34,218 nucleotides of DNA from Deltaproteobacteria bacterium (GCA_016218805.1 JACRCW010000122.1:1-34218), one strand, 5' to 3'. Numbered from the stretch's first letter, positions 8,843-17,987 are shown. Program-made: numbers and translations. The notes: a model not told the origin generated them from the letters alone.

Positions 8843-8871
8843 CTCTTAGACTGACGCCCCCGCGGGCGCAA
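8843..8871 (-). promoter_or_regulatory. Candidate promoter for tRNA-Ser, overlapping the end of the hydrolase gene
   Basis: TTGCGC (8871-8866), 17-nt spacer, TAAGAG (8848-8843), 13 nt upstream of the tRNA 5' end. Confidence 0.45.
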
Positions 8872-9703
8872 CTGCCGCGTCAGCACCAAAGAACGTGTTG
8901 ATCTCCTCCACCAGCTTCTCGGGCGCCTCGTCGGGCGCGCTGTGGCCAATGCCCGGGATCACCGTCAGGGTGGACCCCGTGATGATGCGCTCAAACTCTC
9001 GCGCTGCGGACAGCGGGAAGATCTTGTCAAACTCGCCCCAGATGAGCTTCACGGGCAGCTTGAGCTGCTTGAGCGAATCCGCCGTGTCCGTGACGTTGGG
9101 CGCCACGGTGCGCTGGAAGATGGCGTACATCGCGTCACGCCCGTGGGGGAGTTCCAGGCAGCGGTACACCTCGTCCACCAGTTCCGGTGTGACCCGGCGC
9201 GGATCCCGGTACACGTCCCCCTTGAAGTAGCTGGTCACCACCGCACGGTTGTAGGCGTGCTTGAAGATGGCCTTGCCCACCACCGGCAGGTTCACAATCT
9301 TCCCCAGCAGCGGCAGCTCCTGCTGCGCGCCCACGCTGTCCAGCAGCATGAGCCGGGAGGCCAGTTCCGGGTGGCGCAGCACCATGGCGGCGCTGACCTT
9401 GCCGCCCATGGAATGTCCGACGACGCCAGCGCCCTTGATGCCCTTGTGCTGCAGCAGCCCGGCCACGCGCTCCGCCAGGCAGTCCGCGTCATACGGCGTG
9501 CGGGAGGCATCCGGCCGCGCGCTGTCACCGTGCCCCAGCAGGTCCGGCGCCACGACGTGAAACCGCGCGGTCAGCGGCCCCCACACGTCCTTCCACACGC
9601 GGTGGCTGACCAGGAAGCCGTGCACCAGCACCAGGTCCGGCCCGGTGCCGCCCTCCACGTAGCAGATGCGGTCACCGCCGACGTCCGCGAACTTCTTTTC
9701 CAT
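8846..9703 (-). CDS. Alpha/beta fold hydrolase
   Basis: Start ATG 9703 with an SD (GGAGG). LVHGF oxyanion motif, APDLLGHGDS, nucleophile elbow GHSMGG, acid in IWGEFDKIFP, and His in GIGHSAPDE. Confidence 0.92.
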   Translation of the reverse strand: MEKKFADVGGDRICYVEGGTGPDLVLVHGFLVSHRVWKDVWGPLTARFHVVAPDLLGHGDSARPDASRTPYDADCLAERVAGLLQHKGIKGAGVVGHSMGGKVSAAMVLRHPELASRLMLLDSVGAQQELPLLGKIVNLPVVGKAIFKHAYNRAVVTSYFKGDVYRDPRRVTPELVDEVYRCLELPHGRDAMYAIFQRTVAPNVTDTADSLKQLKLPVKLIWGEFDKIFPLSAAREFERIITGSTLTVIPGIGHSAPDEAPEKLVEEINTFFGADAAVAPAGASV

Positions 9704-9720
9704 GGAACACCCTCCGGGGC

Positions 9721-10605
9721 CTACTGCGGCGCGGGCGCCGCAGCCCCGCGGTTCAGCAGGCCCTGCGTCATGGGGTTGAGCGCCAGCAGGCTGTTGAGCA
9801 GCGCCATGATCCCGCCCGGCACGGCGCGGGCCTTCTTGGTCACCATCTGCCCGCCCACCACCGCCACCGGCGGGAAGACCACGCCCATCACCAGCGCGCC
9901 GGCAAACGTGGCCATCCACAGCGGCGGGAACGGGATGAGCAGGCTGGCCACAAACAGCGTGCCGCCCACTCCCGCGCTCAGCGCCCCGGCCAGGAATCCG
10001 GAGGCGGCCACGGGCCCCAGCGTGGTGTCCCAGTCCTGGCTGATGTAGCCCAGCAGCGTGGCGATGCCGGCGGAGAAGAACGCGCCCGCCAGCGACGAAG
10101 CGAGGATGGCGCCCATCATGACGCCGCCGTTCTGGCCACCAAAGATGCGGCTGCCTTCCGTGGTTTCATCCGGCGCGCGGGCGGTGTTGTACAGCGTGCG
10201 CGGCAGGTCCCACTGCAGCCGGCCGCTGGCCCACGACGACGCGGCCAGCGTGGCGACGAACGCCGCGCCCAGGGACACCACCCAGCCCGCGGCCAGCGCG
10301 CCCGCGGCCAGGCCCAGCTCCAGGCCACCCAGGCGGGCCACAAACGGGCGTTCCGGCGCGGGCGGGATCTGCGCGGGGGGCACCGGATCGGTCACGTAGT
10401 CCATGGGCGGTGGCGTGGTGTCCATGGGGGGGGGCGCCGCCTCCGGGGCGGGCGCAGGCTCAGCGGCCGCGGCGGGTTCTGAGGGGGGGAGCAGCGGGGC
10501 GGGTTCCGGCGCGGGTTGCGGCGCGGGGGCCGCGGCCTCCTGCGCACGCAGAGCGTTGGCGGACCCCAACAGGCAGACAATGGTGGCGACGAGCGTTGCG
10601 CGCAT
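9721..10605 (-). CDS. Hypothetical membrane protein (signal peptide, Pro/Ala-rich linker, ~4 Gly-rich TM helices)
   Basis: SD GGAGGAG before ATG 10605, an MRATLVATIVCLLGSANALRA signal, PAPEPAP repeats, and hydrophobic Gly/Ala-rich helices. Confidence 0.75.
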   Translation of the reverse strand: MRATLVATIVCLLGSANALRAQEAAAPAPQPAPEPAPLLPPSEPAAAAEPAPAPEAAPPPMDTTPPPMDYVTDPVPPAQIPPAPERPFVARLGGLELGLAAGALAAGWVVSLGAAFVATLAASSWASGRLQWDLPRTLYNTARAPDETTEGSRIFGGQNGGVMMGAILASSLAGAFFSAGIATLLGYISQDWDTTLGPVAASGFLAGALSAGVGGTLFVASLLIPFPPLWMATFAGALVMGVVFPPVAVVGGQMVTKKARAVPGGIMALLNSLLALNPMTQGLLNRGAAAPAPQ

Positions 10606-10660
10606 GCACTCCTCCGCGACGTGCCCCGGCGCCCAGAAGGCCCCAGGAGGGTGCGCGCTG

Positions 10661-11941
10661 TTACCGCACGCGCTCGCCCGTGGGCAACGGCGTGGGTCCC
10701 GGCAGGCTGCGGCAGGCGCCGGCGGAGGGGGTCCACTCGCCGGGCGCGGGCGTCACCGGTGCGGCCGCCACCAGATCCGCCGGGTCCACACTGCCCCCCG
10801 TCCAGGCGATCACGTCCCGGGCCATTCGCTGGACCGACACGCCGTGGGGCACCGAACCCGCCAGCGGCTCCGCCAACTCCAGCGCGTCATCCGCCGAGTC
10901 CATGCGGATGCGCCAGACCAGCCGCCCGTCCCCCAGCAGCACCGCAGTGTCCCCGCCCCAGCCGGCCGCCGCCTCGTCCGCGCGCTCCGCCGCCGGCCCC
11001 TGGCGCAGCAGCCAGCGCAGCGCCCATTCGCCCAGGACCAGTTGCGTGCGCGGCCGGGCTCCAGCCGGCACGGGGAGGGGCACCGCCAGCGGCGGGTCCG
11101 TCCCGGCCAGGTACTTCTCCACGTGGACCAGCTCCTCCGTGCTGCGCGCCGGGTGGCACAGCCACAGCAGGTGCGCGCGCCGTCCCAGGATGGCCTCCAC
11201 CGCCCAGAACGCGCGGCTGCCCTCCAGGTAGGGCGCCAGCAGGGATTCGGTCAGGAACGCCGGCGGGGCGGCCCCCGTCGTCGTCATGGTCGTGGCCAGC
11301 AGGGCCAACCGCCGGTACAGCGGCGTCCAGCCGGCAAACGTGGTCCCCTCCCCTGCAGCCAGCCCCGCCGGTCCGGGCACCGGCCACACCACGTTGCCCG
11401 CGCGGTTGCCCAGCACGGTGGCGTGCCCCTCCGTGCTCCACCGCAGCGCCGTGGACGCGTCGTCGTTGTCCTTGCGCGCGTCAAACAGCGGCTTGAGCGG
11501 CCGCACCTGGTCCTGCAGGGCGTGCGTCAGTTCATGCGCCACCACGACGGGTTCGCCCAGCGCGTCCGCCGGGCCAAAGCGTGAGATGTTGTGGAACACG
11601 CCGGTGGCCGGGTCATAGAACGCGGCCGCCTGTGACGACACCAGCTCCAACACCGCCGCGTGCAGGTCCACGCGGCTGGGGAGGAAGCCCAGGCGGAACA
11701 GGATCTCGGACTGCCCCTCCAGGTCCTGGCCCGCCGCATCCTTGGCCAGGTCCGCGCGCAGGTACGCGCGGGCCTCTTCCTCCGTCATGCTGACCACCGG
11801 CACGTGCCGCCCGAACCGCAGACCGCTGAACCGCTCCACCAGCGCGCGCGCGGGGCGCATCAGCCACGGGGCCAGCGGCGTCGCCGTCACCGTCGCCGTC
11901 AACAGGAGAACCGCCGCACCCGCCCAGGCTACGCGCTGCAT
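10661..11941 (-). CDS. Secreted putative zinc metalloprotease (zincin, HExxH)
   Basis: Start reassigned to ATG 11941 (signal [20 protein letters not shown]). [17 protein letters not shown], a downstream Glu in EGHAT, PYLEG, STEE and AAAGWGGD. Confidence 0.72.
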   Translation of the reverse strand: MQRVAWAGAAVLLLTATVTATPLAPWLMRPARALVERFSGLRFGRHVPVVSMTEEEARAYLRADLAKDAAGQDLEGQSEILFRLGFLPSRVDLHAAVLELVSSQAAAFYDPATGVFHNISRFGPADALGEPVVVAHELTHALQDQVRPLKPLFDARKDNDDASTALRWSTEGHATVLGNRAGNVVWPVPGPAGLAAGEGTTFAGWTPLYRRLALLATTMTTTGAAPPAFLTESLLAPYLEGSRAFWAVEAILGRRAHLLWLCHPARSTEELVHVEKYLAGTDPPLAVPLPVPAGARPRTQLVLGEWALRWLLRQGPAAERADEAAAGWGGDTAVLLGDGRLVWRIRMDSADDALELAEPLAGSVPHGVSVQRMARDVIAWTGGSVDPADLVAAAPVTPAPGEWTPSAGACRSLPGPTPLPTGERVR

Positions 11942-12032
11942 GGCCGCGCAGCCTGCCAGACGCACGCCGCGGGCGCACTCGACGCCCGGTGGGGCCGCGG
12001 CTACAAGCAGCGGCTCACCCCACGAGGTCACC

Positions 12033-13001
12033 ATGCCGTCCGTGCTCGAGCAGTTGAAGGCCTATACCGTCGTCGTGGCGGACACCGGGGACTTCCAGTC
12101 CATCCGCAAGTTCACGCCGCGGGATGCCACCACCAACCCCTCACTCATCACGGCGGCCGCCCAAATGGACGAATACCAGCCGGTGGTGAACGAAGCGTTG
12201 ACGTGGGCGCGCCGTGAATCCGGCGGGGACATCAAGCGCGCGGTGGGGCTGGCGGTGGACCGGCTGGCGGTGGAGTTTGGCCTGCGCATCCTGCAGATTG
12301 TCCCCGGGCGGGTGTCCACGGAGGTGGACGCGCGGCTCAGCTATGACACGGATGCATCCGTGAACAAGGCGCGTCAACTCATCAGCCAATACAAGGCGGC
12401 CGGCGTGGACAAGGAGCGCATCCTCGTCAAGATCGCGTCCACGTGGGAGGGCATCCGCGCCGCAGGAATCCTGGAAAAGGACGGCATTCACTGCAACCTG
12501 ACGCTGCTGTTCGGGTTCCACCAGGCGGTGGCGTGCGCCGAAGCGGGCGTGCGGCTCATCTCCCCGTTTGTGGGCCGCATCCTGGACTGGTACGTGAAGA
12601 ACACCGGCCGCACCACGTACGCCCCCGCCGAGGATCCCGGCGTGCTCAGCGTGTCCCGCATTTACAGCTATTACAAGAAGCACGGTTACAAGACGGAGGT
12701 GATGGGCGCCTCGTTCCGCAATTCGGGTGAAATCACCGAGTTGGCCGGCTGCGACCTGCTCACCATCAGCCCCAAGCTGCTGGCGGAGCTGGAGGGCATG
12801 CAGGTCAGCCTGCCGCGCAAGCTGACGACGGAGCGCGCCCTCAAGGAGGGCGAAGCGAAGATTGACATGAGCGAGAAGATCTTCCGCGCCATGCACCAGA
12901 ACGACAAGATGGCGTCCGACAAGCTGGCCGAAGGAATTGAGGGCTTTTCCAAGGCGCTCCAGGACCTGGAGAAGCTGCTGGAAGCGCGCCTGCGCGCCTG
13001 A
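12033..13001 (+). CDS. tal: Transaldolase
   Basis: ATG 12033. [31 protein letters not shown], catalytic Lys in [31 protein letters not shown] and MGASFRN. Confidence 0.98.
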   Translation: MPSVLEQLKAYTVVVADTGDFQSIRKFTPRDATTNPSLITAAAQMDEYQPVVNEALTWARRESGGDIKRAVGLAVDRLAVEFGLRILQIVPGRVSTEVDARLSYDTDASVNKARQLISQYKAAGVDKERILVKIASTWEGIRAAGILEKDGIHCNLTLLFGFHQAVACAEAGVRLISPFVGRILDWYVKNTGRTTYAPAEDPGVLSVSRIYSYYKKHGYKTEVMGASFRNSGEITELAGCDLLTISPKLLAELEGMQVSLPRKLTTERALKEGEAKIDMSEKIFRAMHQNDKMASDKLAEGIEGFSKALQDLEKLLEARLRA

Positions 13002-13004
13002 GCC

Positions 13005-14375
13005 TCACGCCGAATAGACGTCAATCTCCACGTCAATACCCAGCCGCCGCAGGCGCGTTTCGCCCAGGGTGGCCAGCGCGCGGGCCACCTCCGGGTCCGG
13101 CCGCACCAGCCGTTCAAACGCCTCCGCGGGCAGCACCAGCAGTTCGCACGGTCCGGACGCGCGCACCGTGGCGGTGGCCTGCGTGCCCAGGAACAACGAG
13201 ATTTCCCCGAACACGTCCCCCTCCTTCATTTCGGGGAGATCCCCGGTGGTCCCGTCCGGGCGGCGCGCGGACACGGCGCAGCGGCCGCGCAGCAGCAGGT
13301 GCAGACCCGTGGCCGCCGTGCCCTGGCGGATGACCTCGTCACCATCCGACGCGCGCACGCGCTGGAACGCGTCCACCAGCGCCTGCAGCGCCGGCGCCGC
13401 CAACCCGCGGAATACCGGAGAGGCGCGCAGCACGTTGTGCAGCAGGCGCGTGCGGTGGAACTTCTCAATCACCGCCGCCACCCCGGGATGCGCGGCCACC
13501 ACCTCGGCAAGATCGGCGCGGGTGAGTTCCATGAGGATGCAGTCCTCCGCGGCCACCACCGTGGCAATCCGTGGCGCGCGGGACACCAGCGCCATCTCCC
13601 CAAAACACGCCCCCGCCCGCAGCGTGGCCACCGTCTCCGCCCGCCCCAGCCGGCCCGGCCGCTGCACCACGGCGGAACCCTGCACAATGACCAGCATGGA
13701 TTCGCCGGGATCGCCTTCGCGCACCAGCACGTCCCCCGCCGCCGCGTGCCGCACCGCCAGGCGCGCGAACAAGTCCGCGAATTCATCCGGGGTAAGATCA
13801 CCAAACAGCGGGATGTGCGGCGCCTTGCGCAGGTCCAGCACCACCTCGGGGACCGCGGTGACGCGCATGCGCTCCGGATCCACCGTGGTGGCGGGCGTGA
13901 GCGGCGGCAGCGCGGGCCGGGATTCCAACACCTCCGCGGAAACCTCCGCGCTGACCACGGCCGCCACCGCGGCGTCCACGTCCTCGGCGCGCGGCAGCTC
14001 CAGGCGCGCGCTGTCCTCGTCACGCGGGGGCGGCGGCGCCTGAAGCGGGGCGGCGCGCCGCGCGGTGGCCAGCTGGCCCAGCATGTCCCGCACCGCCGTG
14101 CGGCTGGGGTCCAGCGTCAGCACGTGTTTGCACATGGCCATGGCCTTGAGGACAAACCCATCCGCCGCGTACGCGCGGATGACCCCCTCGTATTCCTCCA
14201 CGGCCAGCGCCGTCTGGCCGGTGCGGCGCAGCCCGTCCGCCAGCTTCTGGCGCGCGCCCAGGTCCCCCGGCTGCTTGACCAGCAGGCGGCGGTAGTCCTC
14301 CACCGCCTCGTCCCACTTCCCGCGCGCTGCGGCGGCTTGCGCGCGTTCCCTCAGCGTGCGGGCGTCCTCAAACAT
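13005..14375 (-). CDS. TPR + tandem cyclic-nucleotide-binding domain protein
   Basis: ATG 14375 with SD GAGGAGG. TPR-like N-terminus (GKWDEAVEDYRRLL...KAMAMCKHVLTLDP). CNB1 VREGDPGESM...FGEMALVSRAPRIATV; CNB2 IRQG...FGEISLFLGTQATATV. Confidence 0.88.
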   Translation of the reverse strand: MFEDARTLRERAQAAAARGKWDEAVEDYRRLLVKQPGDLGARQKLADGLRRTGQTALAVEEYEGVIRAYAADGFVLKAMAMCKHVLTLDPSRTAVRDMLGQLATARRAAPLQAPPPPRDEDSARLELPRAEDVDAAVAAVVSAEVSAEVLESRPALPPLTPATTVDPERMRVTAVPEVVLDLRKAPHIPLFGDLTPDEFADLFARLAVRHAAAGDVLVREGDPGESMLVIVQGSAVVQRPGRLGRAETVATLRAGACFGEMALVSRAPRIATVVAAEDCILMELTRADLAEVVAAHPGVAAVIEKFHRTRLLHNVLRASPVFRGLAAPALQALVDAFQRVRASDGDEVIRQGTAATGLHLLLRGRCAVSARRPDGTTGDLPEMKEGDVFGEISLFLGTQATATVRASGPCELLVLPAEAFERLVRPDPEVARALATLGETRLRRLGIDVEIDVYSA

Positions 14376-14447
14376 CCCGCCTCCTCTACCCGGCACGCCC
14401 ACCGCTTGCATACGGCCGCCACGCTTGGCAGTGAGCACGGCCCTCCC

Positions 14448-15614
14448 ATGAGCGGTCCCGTCCCCGTCCCGGCCGCCCCCACGCTACCCGCGCTGGTGGG
14501 GCTGCTCCAGCAGAAGCGGTTGGTGGTGTGCCTGGGCACGGGCGGCGTGGGGAAGACCACGTCCGCGGCGTTGCTGGCGCTGGCCGCGGCGCGGCTGGGG
14601 CGGCGCGCCGTGGTGCTCACCATTGACCCGGCGCGGCGCCTGGCGGATGCGCTGGGCGTGGGCGCGTTGGACAGCACGCCGCGCGCGGTGCCGCAGGACC
14701 GGCTGTGGGCGGGCAGCACGGGCAGCCTGCACGCGCTGATGCTGGACCCGGGGGAAACGTTTGACCGCATGGTGGGCAAGCTGGTGAGTGACCCGGCCAA
14801 GCGCGAGAGGCTGCTCAAGCACACCGTCTACCAGCACCTGTCCCGCGGCCTGGCCGGCGTGCATGAGTACATGGCGCTGGAGAAGCTGCATGACCTGGCC
14901 CATGACGAGCGCTTTGACGTCGTGGTGCTGGACACGCCGCCCAGCAAGAACGCGCTGGACTTCCTGGAGGCACCCGGCCGCGCCGCGTCATTCTTCAATG
15001 AGAAGATTGCCCGCTTCTTCATCCCGCGCGAGGGCAAGAAGCGCCTGGCCGACTTGCTGTTCAACAAGGCGCAGGATGCGGCGCTGTCACTGGTGGGCAA
15101 GGTGGTGGGGGACCAGTTCCTGGCGGACATGACGGACTTCATGCGCACCTTCCAGGGGCTGTTCAGCGCGTTTGAACAGCGCGGCCTGTTTGCGGAGAGT
15201 TTCCTGCGCGGGCCGGAGGCGGCCTACGTCGTCGTCACGGCGCCGGACGCACTGCGGATTGAAGAAGCGCTGGAATTTGCGCAGCGGCTGCGGGACTTCA
15301 AGCTGACGGCGTGCGCGTTCATTGTGAACCGCGTACGCGTGCGCCCCACCGGCGTCATCCCCACCTCTGAGCAGGCGCACGACGCGCTGCGCACCGCCGG
15401 CATCCCCGACGACAAGCGCGCCGTCCTGGCCGAGCGCATGGCGGCCACGCTGCAGGACCGCGCCTACCTGTCCGACCGCGACGCCCGCGCCATTGCGGCG
15501 CTGCGCAAGCGCGTGGGCGCCGTGGAGGTGCTGTTGGGGCCGGAACTCTCTGACAGCCCGCACTCCCCCGAGGCGCTGGCCCGCGTGAGCAGCGGGCTGC
15601 TGGGGATCCCGTAG
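14448..15614 (+). CDS. ArsA/GET3-family (SIMIBI) ATPase
   Basis: Real start at ATG 14448; the ORF extension upstream of it is antisense shadow. GTGGVGKTT P-loop, LTIDPARRLADALG, EYMALEKL, VLDTPP and IVNR. Confidence 0.9.
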   Translation: MSGPVPVPAAPTLPALVGLLQQKRLVVCLGTGGVGKTTSAALLALAAARLGRRAVVLTIDPARRLADALGVGALDSTPRAVPQDRLWAGSTGSLHALMLDPGETFDRMVGKLVSDPAKRERLLKHTVYQHLSRGLAGVHEYMALEKLHDLAHDERFDVVVLDTPPSKNALDFLEAPGRAASFFNEKIARFFIPREGKKRLADLLFNKAQDAALSLVGKVVGDQFLADMTDFMRTFQGLFSAFEQRGLFAESFLRGPEAAYVVVTAPDALRIEEALEFAQRLRDFKLTACAFIVNRVRVRPTGVIPTSEQAHDALRTAGIPDDKRAVLAERMAATLQDRAYLSDRDARAIAALRKRVGAVEVLLGPELSDSPHSPEALARVSSGLLGIP

Positions 15615-15619
15615 GCGCC

Positions 15620-16573
15620 ATGGGCTACCGCGGCCGGTTCGCGCCCTCCCCCACCGGTCCCCTGCACCTGGGCAACGCGCGCACCGCGCTGTTGGCGTGG
15701 CTGGATGCGCGCGCGCACGGGGGCGCGCTGGTCTACCGCGTGGAGGACCTGGACACGCCGCGTGTGGTGGCCGGGAGCATGGCGCAGCAACAGCAAGACC
15801 TGCGCTGGCTGGGCCTGGACTGGGACGAAGGCCCCGACGTGGGCGGCCCCTGGGGACCCTACGTGCAGTCAGCGCGGTTGGACCGTTACGCCGCTGCGCT
15901 GGAGACGCTGCGTGGGCGGGGGCGGGCCTTTGCCTGCACGTGCACCCGCAAGGACCTGCAGAAGCTGGCCTCCGCCCCCCACGCCGGCGAAGAAGGCCCC
16001 GCCTACCCGGGCACCTGCCGCGGCCGCTACACCGACGGCGCCGACGCGCGCGCCCAGGCCGGCCGCGAGCCGTCCTGGCGCTTCAGGGTGGATGCCGGCC
16101 TGGTGGAGTTCACCGACCGCGTGCTGGGCCGCTGCCCGCAGGATGTCCTGCGGGACACGGGGGACGTGGTGGTGCGGCGCGCCGACGGCTTGTACGCCTA
16201 CCAGCTGGCCGTGGTGGTGGATGACCTGGCCATGGGTATCACCGACGTGATTCGCGCGGCAGACCTTGTATCCTCCACAGGGCGGCAGGTGCAGCTGGCG
16301 CGGGCGCTGGGCGGAAAGCCGCCGCAATACGGGCATGTCCCGCTGCTCAACGGCCCGGACGGCGCGCGGCTGCAGAAGCGCGAACCGCGGCACACGCTGG
16401 CGGGTCTGCGGGCGGCGGGCGCGGATCCGCGGGCGCTGGTGGGGTGGCTGGCGCATTCGTGTGGCGTGTCCGTGAGGGCGGCGCCGGCAAGCCCTGCGGA
16501 CCTGGTGGAGGACTTTGAGCTGCGGCGGGTGCGGGATGCGCCGGACTGGCGCGCGTTCCCGTTCCGCGAGTGA
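15620..16573 (+). CDS. gluQ: Glutamyl-queuosine tRNA(Asp) synthetase
   Basis: RFAPSPTGPLHLGN, RVEDLD, zinc site CTCTRK...YPGTC, YQLAVVVDD and RLQKR. At 317 aa it lacks the GluRS anticodon-binding domain. Confidence 0.92.
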   Translation: MGYRGRFAPSPTGPLHLGNARTALLAWLDARAHGGALVYRVEDLDTPRVVAGSMAQQQQDLRWLGLDWDEGPDVGGPWGPYVQSARLDRYAAALETLRGRGRAFACTCTRKDLQKLASAPHAGEEGPAYPGTCRGRYTDGADARAQAGREPSWRFRVDAGLVEFTDRVLGRCPQDVLRDTGDVVVRRADGLYAYQLAVVVDDLAMGITDVIRAADLVSSTGRQVQLARALGGKPPQYGHVPLLNGPDGARLQKREPRHTLAGLRAAGADPRALVGWLAHSCGVSVRAAPASPADLVEDFELRRVRDAPDWRAFPFRE

Positions 16574-16588
16574 CGACGTGAGTCAGCG

Positions 16589-16617
16589 TTGACAACCACG
16601 ATCCCGGTCCCTAGGTT
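16589..16617 (+). promoter_or_regulatory. Sigma70-type promoter for the zinc-ribbon gene
   Basis: TTGACA (16589-16594), 17-nt spacer, TAGGTT (16612-16617). The hexamers are identical to those of the tRNA-Arg promoter. Confidence 0.75.
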
Positions 16618-16674
16618 GCCGACGCTTTTGCCGCCCCCATGAATGCCAGGGCGCAAAGTTGGAGGTTGGGACTG

Positions 16675-16980
16675 ATGCCGATCTACGAGTACCAGTGCGG
16701 TGACTGCGGGACCCGGATTGAGGTCATGCAGAAGATGTCAGAAGCGCCGCTCAAGACGTGCACGGGCTGCGGGAAGGATGCGCTGGAGAAGTTGATCAGC
16801 CAGAGCGCGTTCCAGCTCAAGGGCGGCGGTTGGTATTCGGACCTGTATGGGTCCACGCGGAAGGACTCCGGCACCGCGGAGAAGAAGACGGAGACCAAGG
16901 CAGAAACCAAGACCGAGACCAAGGCCGTCACCGGGACAACGACCCCGTCGTCGTCATCCGGCTCCACGGCCGCGGCCTGA
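16675..16980 (+). CDS. FmdB family zinc-ribbon protein (CxxC...CxxC)
   Basis: SD GGAGGT, then MPIYEYQCGDCG...CTGCG...KLISQSAFQLKGGGWYSDLY and a low-complexity K/T/E/S tail. Confidence 0.92.
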   Translation: MPIYEYQCGDCGTRIEVMQKMSEAPLKTCTGCGKDALEKLISQSAFQLKGGGWYSDLYGSTRKDSGTAEKKTETKAETKTETKAVTGTTTPSSSSGSTAAA

Positions 16981-17099
16981 GGGTCCATCCTCCGCGGGCG
17001 TAGCGTCCCACCGCGTTGTCCAACGTGCGCCGCCTTGCCCATGGCACCCGGCGGGCTGCAACATCCCGCTGGCGCGCAGCAGCGGCGAGGAGCGATGCG

Positions 17100-17987
17100 A
17101 TGACGACGAGCATGAACCCTCAGGCACGACGGTGGACGGTGGCGGCTGCGGTGGCGGCCGTGCTGGGCGGAGGCGGGGTGGTGGCGTGGGGAGCCATTGT
17201 CCCCACGGAGAGCTGGGGCACGCTGCCGTATGCGGGCTTCCTGGAACAGAACGGCGTGCCCGCCAACGGGACGGCGGACTTCTGCTTCCAGCTGTTCCCC
17301 GTGGCCAGCGGCGGCAGCGCCCTGTGGGCGGAGGCGCAGCCGGACCGCGTGGTGACCGCCGGTGCGTTTTCGGTCCGGCTGGGCGAGGTCACGACGCTGA
17401 ACGCCGCGGTGGAAGGCGCCACACAGCTGTTCCTGGAGGTGGGCGTGGCCGCGGGCAGCCAGGGAGGCGCCTGCCCGGGCAGTGGCTACACCACGCTGAC
17501 GGGCCGCCAGCAGTTGGGCTCTGCCGCGTACGCGCTCAGCGCCAAGCGCGGCATCCCCGGACAGGGATTCCTGGTGGACGGCGAGGTGGCCGCCGGCTCC
17601 GTGGCCGCGGGCTCCGTGGCGACGGGTTCGGCGGCGGTGACCGGCCAGGCGCAGCTGGGGAGCCTCACGGTGAACGGCGCCTTCAGCGTGCCCAACGCGA
17701 GCATCACCGGTGCAATGCTGGCCTCACAGCCCATTGCGTGCGCCACCTGGACGGCCACCGTCTCCAACAGCGGCGGCAGCTACAAGACCGCCACCGCCGC
17801 GATTGCGGACGGGACCTACGCGCGCACCGGGGGCGGCTGTGACTGCGGCTCCGCCAACCCGGGCCGCCTGATGGTGATCAACGCGCCGTCCGGGGCCAGC
17901 GCGTGGACCTGCGCGTGCAAGGACCACTCAGTGGGGGACGGCAACGGGGTCACCACCGCCACCGTGGTGGGTTGCCGGCTGCACTGA
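17100..17987 (+). CDS. Secreted fibre/adhesin-like protein
   Basis: SD GAGGAG before ATG 17100 and a signal peptide. N-domain LPYAGFLE.NG.PANG...FQLF..ASGG.ALW.E...V..GAFSV.LG...LFLEV.V...GRQQLGSAAYAL resembles the conserved N-domain of bacterial 'tail fibre domain' proteins. VAAGS repeats and a Cys-rich C-terminal head follow. Confidence 0.65.
   Translation: MTTSMNPQARRWTVAAAVAAVLGGGGVVAWGAIVPTESWGTLPYAGFLEQNGVPANGTADFCFQLFPVASGGSALWAEAQPDRVVTAGAFSVRLGEVTTLNAAVEGATQLFLEVGVAAGSQGGACPGSGYTTLTGRQQLGSAAYALSAKRGIPGQGFLVDGEVAAGSVAAGSVATGSAAVTGQAQLGSLTVNGAFSVPNASITGAMLASQPIACATWTATVSNSGGSYKTATAAIADGTYARTGGGCDCGSANPGRLMVINAPSGASAWTCACKDHSVGDGNGVTTATVVGCRLH

Noticed and set aside
8433..8850. tRNA pair as an island or prophage integration site
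   Set aside because: No integrase, no duplicated tRNA 3' end seen, and the flanking genes have host-like codon usage.
11742..12032. 97-aa N-terminal extension on transaldolase
   Set aside because: It overlaps the divergent zincin gene. Homology starts at MPSVLEQLK (ATG 12033), which has a GAGG upstream.
13299..14447. Apparent 771-aa fusion of an unknown domain to the ArsA ATPase
   Set aside because: The extension is the antisense frame of the TPR-CNB gene; ATPase homology starts only after ATG 14448.
14448..15614. Arsenic-resistance (arsA) call
   Set aside because: Single ATPase domain, no arsB/arsC/arsD/arsR neighbours, and motifs match the non-arsenic clade.
15620..16573. Glutamate--tRNA ligase gltX
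   Set aside because: Too short and lacks the C-terminal anticodon-binding domain; it fits GluQ.
17100..17987. Prophage tail-fibre remnant
   Set aside because: It has a Sec-type signal peptide and host-like codon usage, and no other phage genes are nearby.
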